This document shows, piece by piece, positions 30,501-43,467 of a stretch of 64,000 bases of DNA. Below the pieces are notes generated by a model. It saw only the letters and a program-made list of their open reading frames with translations. It was not told where the DNA came from and did not search any database. The stretch lies in contig CM059432.1 of the NCBI GenBank assembly GCA_030390025.1, forward strand, positions 97,900,001-97,964,000. Direction: 5' to 3'. The stretch is from Squalus acanthias (Eukaryota). Numbering within the stretch: the first letter of the stretch is position 1; each line of letters starts with the position of its first letter. Position numbers and translations under genes: made by a program.

Positions 30501-32728
30501 CTTCTCTTTGCCAGAAAAGTAATGAGGTACAGCAACGAAAGTAGCAGCAAAGTTAGGATGAACTAGGCAAAACTACCTCACAAAGCATTGAGTCAATGTA
30601 GAAGTCTCTCTCTCTCTCTCTCCGAATCTCTCTCTCTCTCTCAGAACGAGTGGTGCATAAATGTCGACCACAGAAAAAGACAGGAAGAGGCCCCCTTTAA
30701 ATAGCGCCCCCCCCCAGCCCCAGACCGATTGATAACGTTCCAGTCTTCCGGTCGTTGGAAGCGCCAGGCGGTAAGGCAGGGGGCGCCACTCAATTTCCGC
30801 TCCGGGGCGCCCCAAGGGCGTTGCACCACGGACTGACGTCACAATCTGCGCGCGCAGGTGGTCGCAGCGGTAAGTTTTAGCGCCGCCGCACAATCTCAAG
30901 TTAAGTTCTCGAGCGGCGCAAACAGCGCTGCGCCCGGGCGTTAGCGCCTTAACGCCCCATTAGCGCCCATTTAAGGCGCTAACGGGAGGCGCAACCAACT
31001 GAATTTTTACCCCAATGTGTTTAGGTGTTTCTGCAGGTGACAGGCTGTGAAGTATTTGTGTAGGCTCATCTCATCGGGAGAAGTGACAGATGGCTTCTGC
31101 AATCTCAGCTGCAGCTGCCATCTGTTTTATCCTAAGGAGAGAGTAATTGGAGAGCCTGGGTACAAGGGCTCACCTTTGGACAGTGATTGTCAGTGTTTGA
31201 CAGCACCTCAATGCCGTCAAACACTGTCAAATCATCTGTCAAACAAGTGTGGTGTATATGCCTTTAAGAAAACCGGCAGATGAAGTGTCATCAACTGACA
31301 TCATCTGACACTGGCTTTCCCTTAATTGGCTGGCAAGCCCGCAGGGCGGGCTTAACAAGGCCAATCAGGAGAAAATAGCGTCAGCTCGTCAGACATCGCT
31401 GGGGGCGGGACTGGAACCCGAAAACCAGCAGTCCCGCCTCGAACTCGGCCTGGAAGGTAAGATTCCACCCAATACTCCAGATGAGGGCGGACCAGTGTTT
31501 TATAAAGGTCCAGTTTTTATATAACTTCCTTGCTTTTGTACTCTATGCCTCTATTTATGAAGCCCAGCATCCTGTATGTTTTTTTAACCGCTTTCTCAAC
31601 CTGCCCTGCCACCTTCAACCATTTGTGCACATATACCCCCAGGTCTATCTGTTCATGCACCCCCTTTAGAATTGTACCCTTTAGTTTATATTGCCTCTCC
31701 TCATTCTTCCTACCAAAATGTATCACTTTGCACTATTCTGCGTTAAATTTCATCTGCCCTGTGTCCGCCCATTCCACCAGCCTGTCTATGTCCTCTTGAG
31801 GTCTATCACTATCCACCTCACTGTTCACTATACTTCCAAGTTTTGTATCATCTGCAAATTTTGAAATTGTACCCTGTACACCCAAGTCCAATTCATTCAT
31901 ATATATCAAGAAAAGAAGTGGCCCTAGTACCGACCCCTGGGGAACACCACTCTGTACCTTCTCCAGTCCGACAAACAACCGTTCACCACTACTCTTTGTT
32001 TCCTATCTCTTAGCCAATTTCGTATCCATGCTGCCACTGTCCCTTTTATTCCATGGGCTTCAACTTATTATGTGGCACTTTATCAAACGCCTTTTGGAAG
32101 TTCACGTACACCACATCACCCGCACTGCCCTCATCAACCCTCTCTGTTACCTCATCAAAAAACTCAATCAAGTTAGTTAAACACAATTTGCCTTTAACAA
32201 ATCTGTGCTGGCTTTCCTTAATTAATCCACACTTGTCCAAGTGACTGTTCATTTTGTTCCTGATTATCGTTTCTAAAAGCTTCACCACTACCGAGGTTAA
32301 CTGACTGGCCTGTAGTTGTTGGGTTTATCCTTACACGCTTTTTGAACAAGAGTGTAACATTTGCATTTCTCCAGTCCTCTGGCACCATCCCTGTATCTAA
32401 GGAGGATTGGGAGATTATGGCGAGTATCTCCGTGATTTCCACCTTTACTTCCCTTAGCAGCCCATCTCATCCTGGTGACTTATCTACTTTAAGTACAGCC
32501 TGCCTTTCTAGTACTTCCTCTTTATCAATTTTTATGCCATCCAGTAGCTCAACTACCTCCTCTTTCACTATGACTTTGGCAGCATCTTCTTCCTTGGTAA
32601 AGGCAGGTGCAAAGTATTCATTTAGTACCCTAGCCATGCCCTCTGCCTCCATGCATATGTCTACTTTTTGGTCCCTAATCGGCCCCACCCCTCCTCTTAC
32701 TACCTGTTTACTATGTATGTGCCTATAG

Positions 32729-33260
32729 CAGTGTCAGCTGTGGCACACTCGCCTGTGAGTCAGAAGGTTGTGGGTTCAAGTCCCACTCCAGGAACTTTGA
32801 GCACATAAAAAAGCTAGGCTGAGGGAATGCTGCACTGTCGGATGTGCCATCTTTCGGATGAGACGTTAAACTGAGGCCCTGTCTGCTCTCTCAGGTGGAC
32901 GTAAAAGATCCCATGGCACTATTTTGAAGAAAAATGAGATGTCGCACAACACCAGGTTATAGTCCAACAGATTTATTTAATTTTACAAGCTTTCGAAGCA
33001 GTTCGCTCCTTCGTCAGGTAAGTAAGTTTTGAAGAAGGGCAGGGGAGTTATTCCTGGTGTCCTGGCCAATATTTACCCCTCAACCAACATAACAAAAACA
33101 GATTATTTGGTCATTATCACATTGTGTGCAAATTGGCTGCCGCGTTTCCCACATTACAACAATGACTCTACTTCAAAAAGTAATTCATTGGCTGTAAAGC
33201 GCTTTGAGACGTCCGGTGGTCGTGAAAGGCGCTATATAAATGCAAGTCTTTCTTTTTCTT
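32729..33260 (+). mobile_element. tRNA-derived DeuSINE (SacSINE1-like)
   Basis: B-box GGTTCAAGTCC; Deu core TCTTTCGGATGAGACGTTAAAC; L2-like tail. Confidence 0.8.
32932..33026 (-). mobile_element. 95-bp Penelope-type terminal fragment with hammerhead motif, inside the SINE
   Basis: 10-bp TSD TTTTGAAGAA; minus strand CTGACGA-AGGAGC-gaact-GCTTC-GAAA. Confidence 0.75.
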
Positions 33261-34994
33261 TTTTTGGATTCCCTTTTATGTTAGCGTCAATCTATTCTCT
33301 CTCTTTGCCCCTCTTACTTCCTTTTTCACTTTCCCTCTGAACTTTCTATATTCAGCCTGGTTCTCACTTGTATTCTCAACATGACATCTGTCATACGCCC
33401 CCTTTTACTGCTTCATCTTACTTTCAATATCTTTCATCATCCAGGGAGCTCTGACTTTGGTTGCCCTACCTTTCCCCCTCATGGGAATGTACCTTGACAG
33501 TACCCAAACCATCTCGTCTTTAAAGGCAGCCCATTGTTCGATTACAGTTTTGCCTGCCAATCTTTGATTCAAATTTACCCGGGCCAGATCCATTCGCAAC
33601 CCACTGAAATTGGCCTTCCTCCCATTAAGTATTTTTACTCTAGATTGTTCCCTGTCCTTTTCCATAGCTAATCTAAACCTTATGATACTGTGATCACTGT
33701 TCCTTAAATGTTCCCCTACTGACACTTGCTCCACTTGACCCACCTCATTCCCCAGAACCAAATCCAGCAATGCCGCCTCCTTCCTCGTTGGGCCAGAAAT
33801 GTACTGATTAAGAAAGTTCTACTGAACACACTTCATAAATTCTTCCTTCTCTCTGCCCTTTACACTATTACTATCCCAATCTATATTAGGATAGTTGAAG
33901 TCCCCCATTATCACTACTCTATAGTTCTTGCACCTCTCTGTAATTTCCCTGCAAATTTGCTCCTCTATGTCCTTCCCACTACTTGGTGGCCTATAGAATA
34001 CACTTAGTAGTTTAATGGCACCTCTATTGTTTCTTAACTCTAACCAAATAGATTCTGTCCTTGACTCCTTCAGGACATCCTTCTCTCCAGCACTGTAATA
34101 GTCTTCTTAATCAATACTGCCACCCCACCTCCTTTCTTTCCTTCCCTATCTATCCTGAACACCTTATATCCAGGGATATTTAGTATTCAATCCTGCCCTT
34201 TTTTGATCCAGGTCTCCGTTATTGCCACAACATCATATTCCCATGTGGCTATTTGCACCTGCAGCTCACCAACCTTATTTACCACGCTTCATGCGTTTAC
34301 ACACATGCACTGTAAACCTATCTTAGACCTTCTTGTATTCTCTCTTAGTCTGACCCCACCTAATAACGTATTATTTCTTACTCTAGTGCTATCTGTCTCT
34401 CCCAATCCTTTGTGCACCTTGTTTCTCCTTTCTAATGCTACATCCTGGTGCCCATCCCCCTGCCAAATTAGTTTAAATCCTCCCCAACAGCACCAGCAAA
34501 CCTCCCCGTGAGGTTATTGGTCCCGGCTCTGTTGAGGTGCAACCTGTCCGGCCTGTACAGATTCCACCTCCCCCAGAACTGGTCCCAATGTAGTCCTGTG
34601 TTGTAGCTTCACCAGGTTGGCACTTCATTTTTAGGTATGCCTGGTGCTGCTCCTGGCATGCTCTTCTACACTCCTAATTGAACAGGTTTGGTCCCCTGGC
34701 TTGATGGTAATGGTAGAGTGATACTATTACAAGGGATATGGAGCAATAAATGGAGGTGAGATACAGATCAGCCATGATGTAATAGAATGGCAGATCAGGT
34801 TTAAGGGGCTAAGGGCCTACTCCTTCTCCTATAACCCTTCATCAGATTATTGCTTCAAATAATTCTATTACATTTTTTAGACATGACTTTTATTTCATAA
34901 TCTATGCTGTTTGTCCTTAACTAACTTGCGAATAAACATGATGTTGTAACTCTACAACCAAGTTTGGTCTTTTACCATGGAACTCTTATTACTA

Positions 34995-37675
34995 TGTCAG
35001 CCGTGGCTCAGTTGGTAGCACCCGTGCCTCGGATTCAGGAGGTTGTGGATTCAGGTCCCACTCCAGAGACTTGAGCACAGAAATCTAGGCTGACACTCCA
35101 GTGCCATATTGAGGGAGTGCTACACTGTCGGAGGTGCCGTCTTTCAGATGAGACGCTAAACCGAAGCAATGTCTGCTATCTCAGGTGGACGTAAAAGATC
35201 CCGTGGTACTATTTCAAAGAATAGCAAGGGAGTTATCCCCGGTATCCTGGCCAATATTTATCCCTCAATCATCAATACTAAAACAGATTGGGCTAAAGAT
35301 TCGGGGGCTTTACGCCACCCTTTATCGTGAAAAAGTAGCGAAAGGAGGGTGGCTGCTGCTATTTCGCCAGCTGGTGGTGGGTCCCGCGGTGGCCGCCATT
35401 TTGTGAGGCCCAGCAGTGCACCCGGTAAGAGCGATGGCCCTGCAAATTTAAATTAGGGAGAGGTGACGCACGCCTACTTAACGTCAGCTTGGCGAACTTG
35501 GACCTTAGCGCTGGGTCCTAAGATCGCCATGAAAACACAGCTGTCTGCACCTCTTAAAGGGAACACAGACACCTTTCAGGTAAGTTTGCAATTAAGCTTT
35601 TGGACTGGATTTTTTGATTTTATTGAAGTAGTGGCTTGCTCCAATACATGTTAAAAAAATTTTTTAAGTGTGTAGGGAGTGCTGCTGGACGCTTGCAAGG
35701 CCTCAGATTCTGAATCGGCAAAATGAAAATGCTAGAAATACTCAGCAGGTCAGGCAGTATTCGTGGAGAGAAAAACAGAGTTCATGTCTCAGGTCGAGAA
35801 GTTGCCTGACCTGCTGAGTATTTGCAGCATTTTATGCTGTCATTTCAGATTTACAGCATCCGCTCGCAGAGGGAAGAGGAAGACGCAGAAGAGGAAGACG
35901 CAGAAGAGGAGGAAGCAGAAGGAAAGATGCAACTCAGACAGCCCCGTTCTGGCTGGGATATCCGGGATGGAATCATCCACCTGTGGTACCAGTGACCAGA
36001 ACCCCAATTCCTCTTTCCACATTAGTCCCACACCTTACGTTCCCTCTGTTACTGACCATCAAAGCATCCTCTTGGCCAAAATGCTGAAATAAAAACCACC
36101 ACAAAGCAAACTTTCCAATCTGACTTTAAACATCGATCCATCCAATATGACATCAAGAAATCAATTCATCACCCTTATGCATTCTCTTAGTGGCTGTCTT
36201 GTGTGTGCCTTTGCCTATCCTACTGATGTCACACCATGCTACCCCAGTGGCTGCAGCATAGCTGGTGGAAGGGTGCTGACTTTCAGTGGGGGACACTGCA
36301 AATGGCCTTGCAGGTCGACCTTGAGGAGCTGGTGGCTGTGAGTGTGAAATCGAGTGACGGTGTTTCTTCTTCTTTTTCTTTTTCTTCTTCGTCTTCTTCT
36401 CCTTCTTCTTCTTCACTTTCCTCTCCCTCTTCTTGGTCACCCACTGGCTGGGCAGGCTGCATTTCTTGGGTGTGTGAAATGAGGAAGACACAAGGGTGGA
36501 GTTGTGGTCAGTGGAGTGTGGGAAAGCAAGAGTTGCATGCCAGGAGAAGGATAACGTACGAGGATACCAGCATCTTGTATCCTTTCAGCCCCACTGCTGG
36601 CCAATGGCTCAGCCATGCCCCTGCCAAGAATGGCCAGCACCGTCTCCTCCAAAGGGGTGAGGTGAGGCCAGGAATGGGAGGTGTGCCTCGTGATTGGTAT
36701 AGATTGTTGGTAGGTGAGTGATTGGCGGGGGGGGAGTCATGCATTGAGCAGTGTGTGAGGCTAGTGGTGCAGTTGGTAGGAGACGGCTATTGAAGATGCA
36801 TTCACTGACCTTGACCACTGGTCTGAGGTCATGAATCTTCTTTGGGCACTGTAGCCAGCTGGTGGGGGTGACACTGCTGGCAGTGACGGCCTCGGTGATC
36901 TGGTCCCATATCGTTCATTCTGAGAGCCTCCTGGCCCCAGTGAGTAGAGGACCTCTCTTGCAGTGTTGACCCCCCTGCACAAAGCTAGAGTGCTGTGTGC
37001 GAGACCCTGAGTGCCTCTTCCCTGGCTTGCTGAGCTATTTGTGTTAGTGCTGAAGCACTTTTCCCATTTTTTGAGGTGCGGAAAGGAATTCAGCTTTAAG
37101 CTCTGAAGATTCCCATTTAGGACTTCTTTTTAAAAAGGCAGTAAGGGCTGAAGATGGCATTCTTTTACTTCATTTTTATTTTTATCAGTTTAGACGCATT
37201 GTCCTTTTAAGGCATTGTCCTTTTACTGTCCCACAAATGCCTAGCAAACTCATTGCCTCGCTTCCAGAGGCTGTTGAAAGATGGAACGCCGATTCTGGAC
37301 GCCAACTTCGCCACTGATGCCTGCACTAATGCCACCAGGAGGGCGTTACACTGTGAATTAGCGCTAGGCTAAAAATCTTTAGTCCCCAGCGTGAATTTTT
37401 CTCTGCTGCCGCTTCGACCATTTTCAGCGGCCGTTAACCTGAGGCAGCAGTGACACCGGCAAATCTCGTGGCGGCCACAACTTTCTAGGCCCTAATCTGG
37501 TCATTATCACATTGCTGTTTGTGGGAGCTTGCTGTGCACAAATTGGCTGCAGCGTTTCCTATATTACAACATTGACTACACTTCAGAAAAGTACTTCATT
37601 GGCTGCAAAGCACTTTGAGACATTCGGTGGTTGTTAAAGGTGCTATATGTAAATTCAAGTCTTCCTTTCCTTTTT
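34995..37675 (+). mobile_element. DeuSINE split by a decayed Harbinger
   Basis: A-box TGGCTCAGTTGG, Deu core; SINE resumes at about 37493. Confidence 0.8.
35290..37492. mobile_element. Internally deleted Harbinger with Myb (minus) and transposase-tail remnants
   Basis: GGGCTAAAGATT / TTTCTAGGCCC ends; similarity to the other Harbingers in the window. Confidence 0.65.
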
Positions 37676-38011
37676 TATTGGCATAAATTAACGATGAGTT
37701 GAATAAGGAACTCAAAACCCCAAGGAGGTGTGCGATTTATGTGGGTTATAACATTTCTTTCCTTTTAAAGATCAAGCAATTTCTTCTGAATGGTCAGGCA
37801 ATTGAAATGTTAAACATTTTGAACACTTAGGAATATAAGGTGTGAACTGTTACTTCCTGGACAGTCTTCTTGTTTTTGACACTTAACAGCAATTGAAAAT
37901 ACATCTCCGTCTGTCAGTCTGCATATATTAACATTTCAGATAAAATGTTTCAGCCACCAAAGCAATTGTAACTTAACTGGTTCCGGAACATAGGCTTTTG
38001 CCTTAGACAGA

Positions 38012-38395
38012 GGCCTCAATATTTACAGGGAGGTACTGAGGGTGTGGGGGAGGCCGCAAACAGTCGAAGAACGCAACAAGGCCAGGTACGTGGAGGTTCT
38101 GCAAACTTAACGGTTGGACCTCATTGTCATTTTTTTGTTCCGTTTCCCACCCAGCAGCCGGCCAAATTGACAGCCTGGCCAGTGGCCGGGAGGAAAAACC
38201 AGAGGCAGGAGGCTGCAACCAGGGGGACTGTCGGCGCTGGCAGCAGGGTAGAGAGACAGGCCAACAGGCAAGGGGGTTCGGCAAATGGAGCAGGAGGGAG
38301 AGACAGGTCGCGATCAGCAGGGGGGAGGCCGAAGGCTTCCTTGAGGGGCCGGAAGGAGCACTCCTGCCCTGTTGTGGGGGGTTAATATTATGGCC
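38012..38395. mobile_element. 384-bp MITE
   Basis: TIR GGCCTCAATATT / AATATTATGGCC, AGA TSD. Confidence 0.75.
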
Positions 38396-39257
38396 AGACT
38401 GTCTGGAATCCTCCATTACAGCCTTAGTTTTCATTTGAACTCCAGCAATTATTTTAATGTAATGGCACTTTTAAATGCAAAATACTTATCCTATTTTATA
38501 AAGAAAAGTATAAAAACAATCCCAAATTATCTGGATTTTCTTCCAATGCTGAATCGGCAAAATGAAAATGAAATCCACTTTTACAGATGAAAAGTTCTGG
38601 AAGTTCAAGAGGACTGGTCCACTTCATGGTTGGGGCGGAGATCACATCTTATAAAGAGTAGGTGAAATACCATCTAATAGAAGCATGGTCAATATTATCT
38701 CCTGGACCCGATTCAAGCGCCTAAGGGTGTCGGAGAGGAATTTTCCAGATTTTCTCCCCCTAATTGGCCATGAGTTTTTATCTGGCATTTTGCCTTTCCT
38801 AGGAGGTTACATGTTAGTGGGAATCTATTCATGAGGCTTCAGGTCAGATCTTTTCTCCTGCAGGGTTACAGTCAAAATCTTTCTCTTTCTCTTTCAGATG
38901 CTGACTGACCTGCTGTGTCTTTGCAGCAGCTTTTGTGTTTGTATTCAAGGTTCTGCTAAATTTTACCTAAAGGCATGTTTCAGTTGTTCAATCATTTTTG
39001 TGCAAAATAGATAGGTTTTCTGAAATTTTTGCTGTGTTAGTTTATATTGAAGTGCTGAGTAGATGTAGTCGGCCATGGTAAGATGATTTGCAAATTGGCT
39101 ACTTTATTTGCAGTGTGTTGAAATCCTGATCCAAGCAAAAAAAATCTTAGCAAATTGTTCTGCATTCATCAGGAGTCAATTGTGGTCATGGTGTTATATT
39201 TCACATCACATTTTGCTCTGTTGATGGCTGATAACAACAACAACTTGCATTTATATA

Positions 39258-42200
39258 GGTCTAGAAATTGGATATGGCCCCAAAACGTGCGTTGTCGTGG
39301 CCAAGCACTATTTAGCTGCACCGGGTCAAAGTGGTCTTGGTAGCACGCAAGATCCGCGCTCAGTACATGATTATACTGCTGATCTCAGTGCTAAAACCGC
39401 TGCACATTGGCTTACCACTCAACAGGTGGGCCAATATCGGTCTAATTCCAAGTCATGTTAGGCTTAGGCTGTCTCCACTACTTAAAGGGGAGGTTCTTTG
39501 ATGCAGCAGCACCTCAGTGTCATTCCATTTGGAGCCCCACTTGGAAGCAGAACTGATTTATCAAGAGATGGCTGAGCGGCAGCAGAGGGAGAGAGCAACA
39601 CAGTTCTCAGATGCGGCTCTGGAGTCACTGGTGGTGGCCGTGGAGAGGAGGCGGCTGTCCTCTTCCCGCAAACCAGTAGGAAGCCATCGGCCCATATATG
39701 TAGAAGGCTGTGGCAGGAGATCTCTGCTTACATGACTGCCAACAGTGTGATCCCCAGGTCCTGGAATCAATGCAGCAAGTAGTTTAATGATTTCACACGG
39801 CAGGTCAAGGTGAGTGCAGACTTCAGCAAATGCTGTATCCCACCATCTGCACCACAAGCCTCACACACTGCTCAATGCACCACAGCCCCATCACTCACCT
39901 ACCAACAATCTCTACCTATCAGCACTCAGAACTCACAATCCTGGTTTCACTTCAGCCTCACAATCTTACCACTGCTGCAACACTCACACCCACATCTCAT
40001 ACCTTGCACATACTGACAGCTATTCAACTATGGCAGAAATATCACCCAAACACATTCTACCACACTCACTCGCACACTTCCCTTTCTCTTGCAGGCTAAG
40101 ATTGCGCACAATCGCCGGGAGCAGCGGCGATACATGCCTTGAGCCAATTGGAGGAGACTGTGACCTACATCATTGGACAGAAAGTCACCGAGGCCAAAAG
40201 TTGAAGCCCATGGGAACAACAATGGTATGGTCATTCCTAATCCTTCTTCTCACATCCCACTTCCCCCTCATCCCACAATCTCTTCGCACTTACAAGCTGC
40301 TGATGCTGTATGGATGCATATCTTGCTCCCCAACCCCACCTCCCCCGCAACTCGCAACAACCCGACTCTTGTGCCTTTCTGTTTTCAGATAACCAAGAAC
40401 AAGCAGCCACAGAGCTGAGGCAATGGAGGAGAGCAAGGGAGAAGACACACCGTCACTGCATCTGACAGTCGCAGACACCAGTCCAGAAACTGGCACTGCG
40501 TGGAATTTAGAGGGTAGTGTAGATTTGGGAGCTGTACAGGGTGAGGCACCGGGCACAGGAGGGCTGCAGCAAGGCCAGGGGGATAGGGTAGCTCGGGGGC
40601 CAGCTCCCTGGAGGGCGAGTTCGCGCACGAGTTCTGCTGCACATGACTCAGATGAGGACCTCAATGGGGCAGCCTTCAGAAGAAGGGTGATGGTCATGCA
40701 AACAAAATTGCTAGGTGCAATGGCAAGCCTGCCAGAGAGCCTATTGGCAATGTCAAGGAGCATGGAGGAGTCCGCCTCCATCATTGCAAGTGGCTCTGCG
40801 CAGAGCTTGGAGCTCATGATTTCCAGGCTGGAAATGATGGAAAACTCCAGGAGAGACTGTGTCGACCCAGACATGATGCTGCGTGTGATGGGCGATGTCG
40901 CGACTGCCATTGCAGCACAGGCGGAAGTGCAGACCTCTGTCCTGCAGTCTCAGCTTGCTGCCACCCAACCTCAGACTGCTGCCATTGTGGCTGGGTTTAC
41001 CAGTGTCGAACGGGGCTTTCACGGTGTTGCAGCAGACCAGCAATCTGTCCTCCAACAGATGGCTAGGAATGCTGAAGCGCCGCCCCAGGGAACTGGCATT
41101 GGGTCAGTGGAGCAGAACCCTGCTCCCTCTCTCAGGATGACAGCATTCCTGCTCCCACCACTGCCACTCCACCAGTGTCCTTGCCGCTGCCTGTCAGCCA
41201 GCCAGCCCAGACTGCTGCCGCCCATGTCGAGGTGATGCAGTCGACAGCCGGGCCTTCTAGGTCTAGAGCTGCTCGAGGTCGTCCTGTAAGGCCATCTGTG
41301 TCCCCCCATTTAAATTCAGCAGCCTTCCACTAGCCATGCTGCAGCCACTGGGGGAGCACTTCATCGGAACACTAGAGCAGGAAAGGACACCCGAACAACA
41401 GGCACTAAGGGATTTCACAAGAGTAATTAGTTGATATAGGATTTGTGAATTGATTATTGAAAAATGTATTCATTTTGTTTGGAATCTTTGTTTTTTGGTG
41501 CCTCTCATTTCAGCTTTGTGCCCAGGAGGACGCTGTGATGTTCCGTGACGGAGAGATGGTATGATGGGGATCAGAATGTGGTGAGCAACGGGGTTCTGGA
41601 GTTTCATTCATTGGAATTAGAGTCTGATGAGGCATTCACGGACAGCCCATGCCTCAGGGGGAGAATGCTCCTCCTCCTCCTCCTGCACCCACCTCCTGGT
41701 CCTCCTCCTCCTGGTCCCACCTCCTGGTCCTCCTCCTCCTGGTCCCATAATCCTTGGGGGAAGGGCTACGCCCTCATGATAGAGCATGAGGAAACCCGCT
41801 ATCCTGGCAAAGCCACATGCGCAATCCTCCTGCTTCTCTCTGCTCAGAAAGAAGAAAACGTAATCCCTTCTCCTGGTGTGGAGAGCCTCTGTGACCTCCC
41901 AGATGCAGCGATGGACGGCGAACTGTGAGGTGTTAGCTGTGTCTCCTGCTACAGACTGGAAGGATCTGCTGGCAAAGAAATTGAGGGTCACGGTGACCTT
42001 GAGGGCCACTGGGAGAGCCGTGGCCGCAGGTCTGGTTGCAGGAGGTCCAGAGTCCTGTGACCACCTCCTTGCTGAAGTGGAGCCTCCTAATACACTGTTC
42101 CTCACTTAAGTGGATATAAGAGAATTGCTCTCTGAAGACCCTAAGTGGGTGGAGCCTCCTGTAGAGAGAGCACTCCTGGCCCGCCTCCTCCTCCCACTGT

Positions 42201-42630
42201 GCACATCTTCTTTGCTGCCTCCGCTCCCGCTCCCAAAGATACTCGAACACAAAGGGGACTGCCTGTGGAGGCCCATGACTGTGAGCAAGTGTTGTGAGCA
42301 GAAACCTTTAAATAAGAATGAAGGCATTCTCCACTTGCCCCAACACCTTAGGACCTTGAAAGAAGTTTAGAAAGCTGCTGGAGTTGCAGAAACTTCCACA
42401 AACCCAGTGAAACTGAAGAAATATGTCAGCTGCAAGTTGTTGCTGATGATCCCTTTAAGTAACCTCATAATCTCCATAATGATAGCGAATGCACACATCG
42501 CAGCATTGCCGCCCAGCCGAAAAGGGCGGCCGCCACGGAACCCACTGGCAGCAGGTGGAAGTGTAGTGGCCACCATTTTATACCGAATCGGCCTTTAACG
42601 GCTGGCGCTAAACCCCTGAATTTTTAGGCC
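39258..42630. mobile_element. Decayed Harbinger (Myb pseudogene plus strand about 39568-41430; deleted transposase minus strand about 41617-42280)
   Basis: TIR GGTCTAGAAATT / AATTTTTAGGCC, ATA TSD; RATQFSDAALESLV; VALKVTVTLNFFAS. Confidence 0.88.
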
Positions 42631-42712
42631 ATAGAACAACATCCCAAGGTGCTTCACAGAGGTGTAATCAGAAAAACAACAATGGATACTGAGCCAAAGG
42701 AGGAAATAATTT

Positions 42713-43467
42713 GGGCCAGAAATTCAGCTCTCCGGCTTCCCGCGGGTGCAAGAATCACGCGCGTACTTACCTACCGCGCCTGCCGTTGTGCTTCGGGCCC
42801 GCATGGAATTCGGCTCCTGGGCCTCCTCCAGCTGCCGGCGCGCAGTGCTTGCGTATCCCAGGGGCGCAACTAGTTTGAAGCGTCCCCTGGGATCACGTGG
42901 GCCATGGAGAGCCAGGGAATCTTCATTCATAGATTCGACAGGAAGACCTGTCAAATCTATGAATAGAGATCGGCCCCAAAACCTCACTAAAACTTCAAAT
43001 ACATTTTTTTTTAAAATCACATTTTTAAAATAACTATAAATTACATAAATTAACTACTTTAAACAAAAATTTTAATTTTTGAAAAAATTAATTACACTTT
43101 TTAACGGTGCTAAAAATAAACTTCCCTTTCTTTAAAGTATGTAAAAAAGATAAACCTGTTGAAAAAATGTTTAAATTGTATTTAATTCACCACTTACCTT
43201 GTTAAAAGTAGGCCTTGCGCCTCCTTTTTCCCCGCGCAGCTTCTCCATACTTACCCTCATGGAGAAACCTGAAAAAAAAACAAAGTTCGAGATCTACGCG
43301 CTGCCTCTCCAACGCACGCGTTGAACCTCTGAACCCCTTCCTTCAGGGGAATGGAAGTTCCGGTTTCTAGCGCATGCGCAGTGCATGCGCGAAACCGGCA
43401 CTTTTGTTGGGTCTACGGGTGAGTACCCAGCGCGTACTCACCCGTGGAGACCCGAATTTCTGGCCCA
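42713..43467. mobile_element. MITE, second copy of 6856-7619
   Basis: Near identity over full length, same TIRs. Confidence 0.85.

Larger units (their letters stand above)
26617..31013. mobile_element. Full-length PIF/Harbinger transposon, apparently autonomous
   Basis: TIR GGGGTAGAAATT / AATTTTTACCCC, AAT TSD on both sides, two convergent genes. Confidence 0.93.
26318..31470. mobile_element. Non-autonomous DNA element hosting the Harbinger (related copy at about 62578-63368)
   Basis: Imperfect TIR GGGCTGGATTTTACC / GGTAAGATTCCACCC; CR1 sequence rejoins across it. Confidence 0.6.
25776..34590 (-). mobile_element. Decayed vertebrate CR1 LINE (endonuclease to 3' tail) interrupted by MITE, Harbinger and SINE
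   Basis: LDLVLGNE...SDH; VPEDWRNANV; SGVPQGSVLGP, SKFADDTK; RGHRFKV; tail at 25776. Confidence 0.88.
23900..34722 (-). mobile_element. Decayed CR1-clade LINE RT region (about 23900-25775, resuming about 34590-34722), split by nested insertions
   Basis: NPANYRPISLLSIISKVME...ALDIKEAFDRV; YKAQVRSVMEYSPLAW; frameshifts. Confidence 0.8.

Noticed and set aside
34995..35070. tRNA gene
   Set aside because: tRNA-derived SINE head continuing into the Deu core
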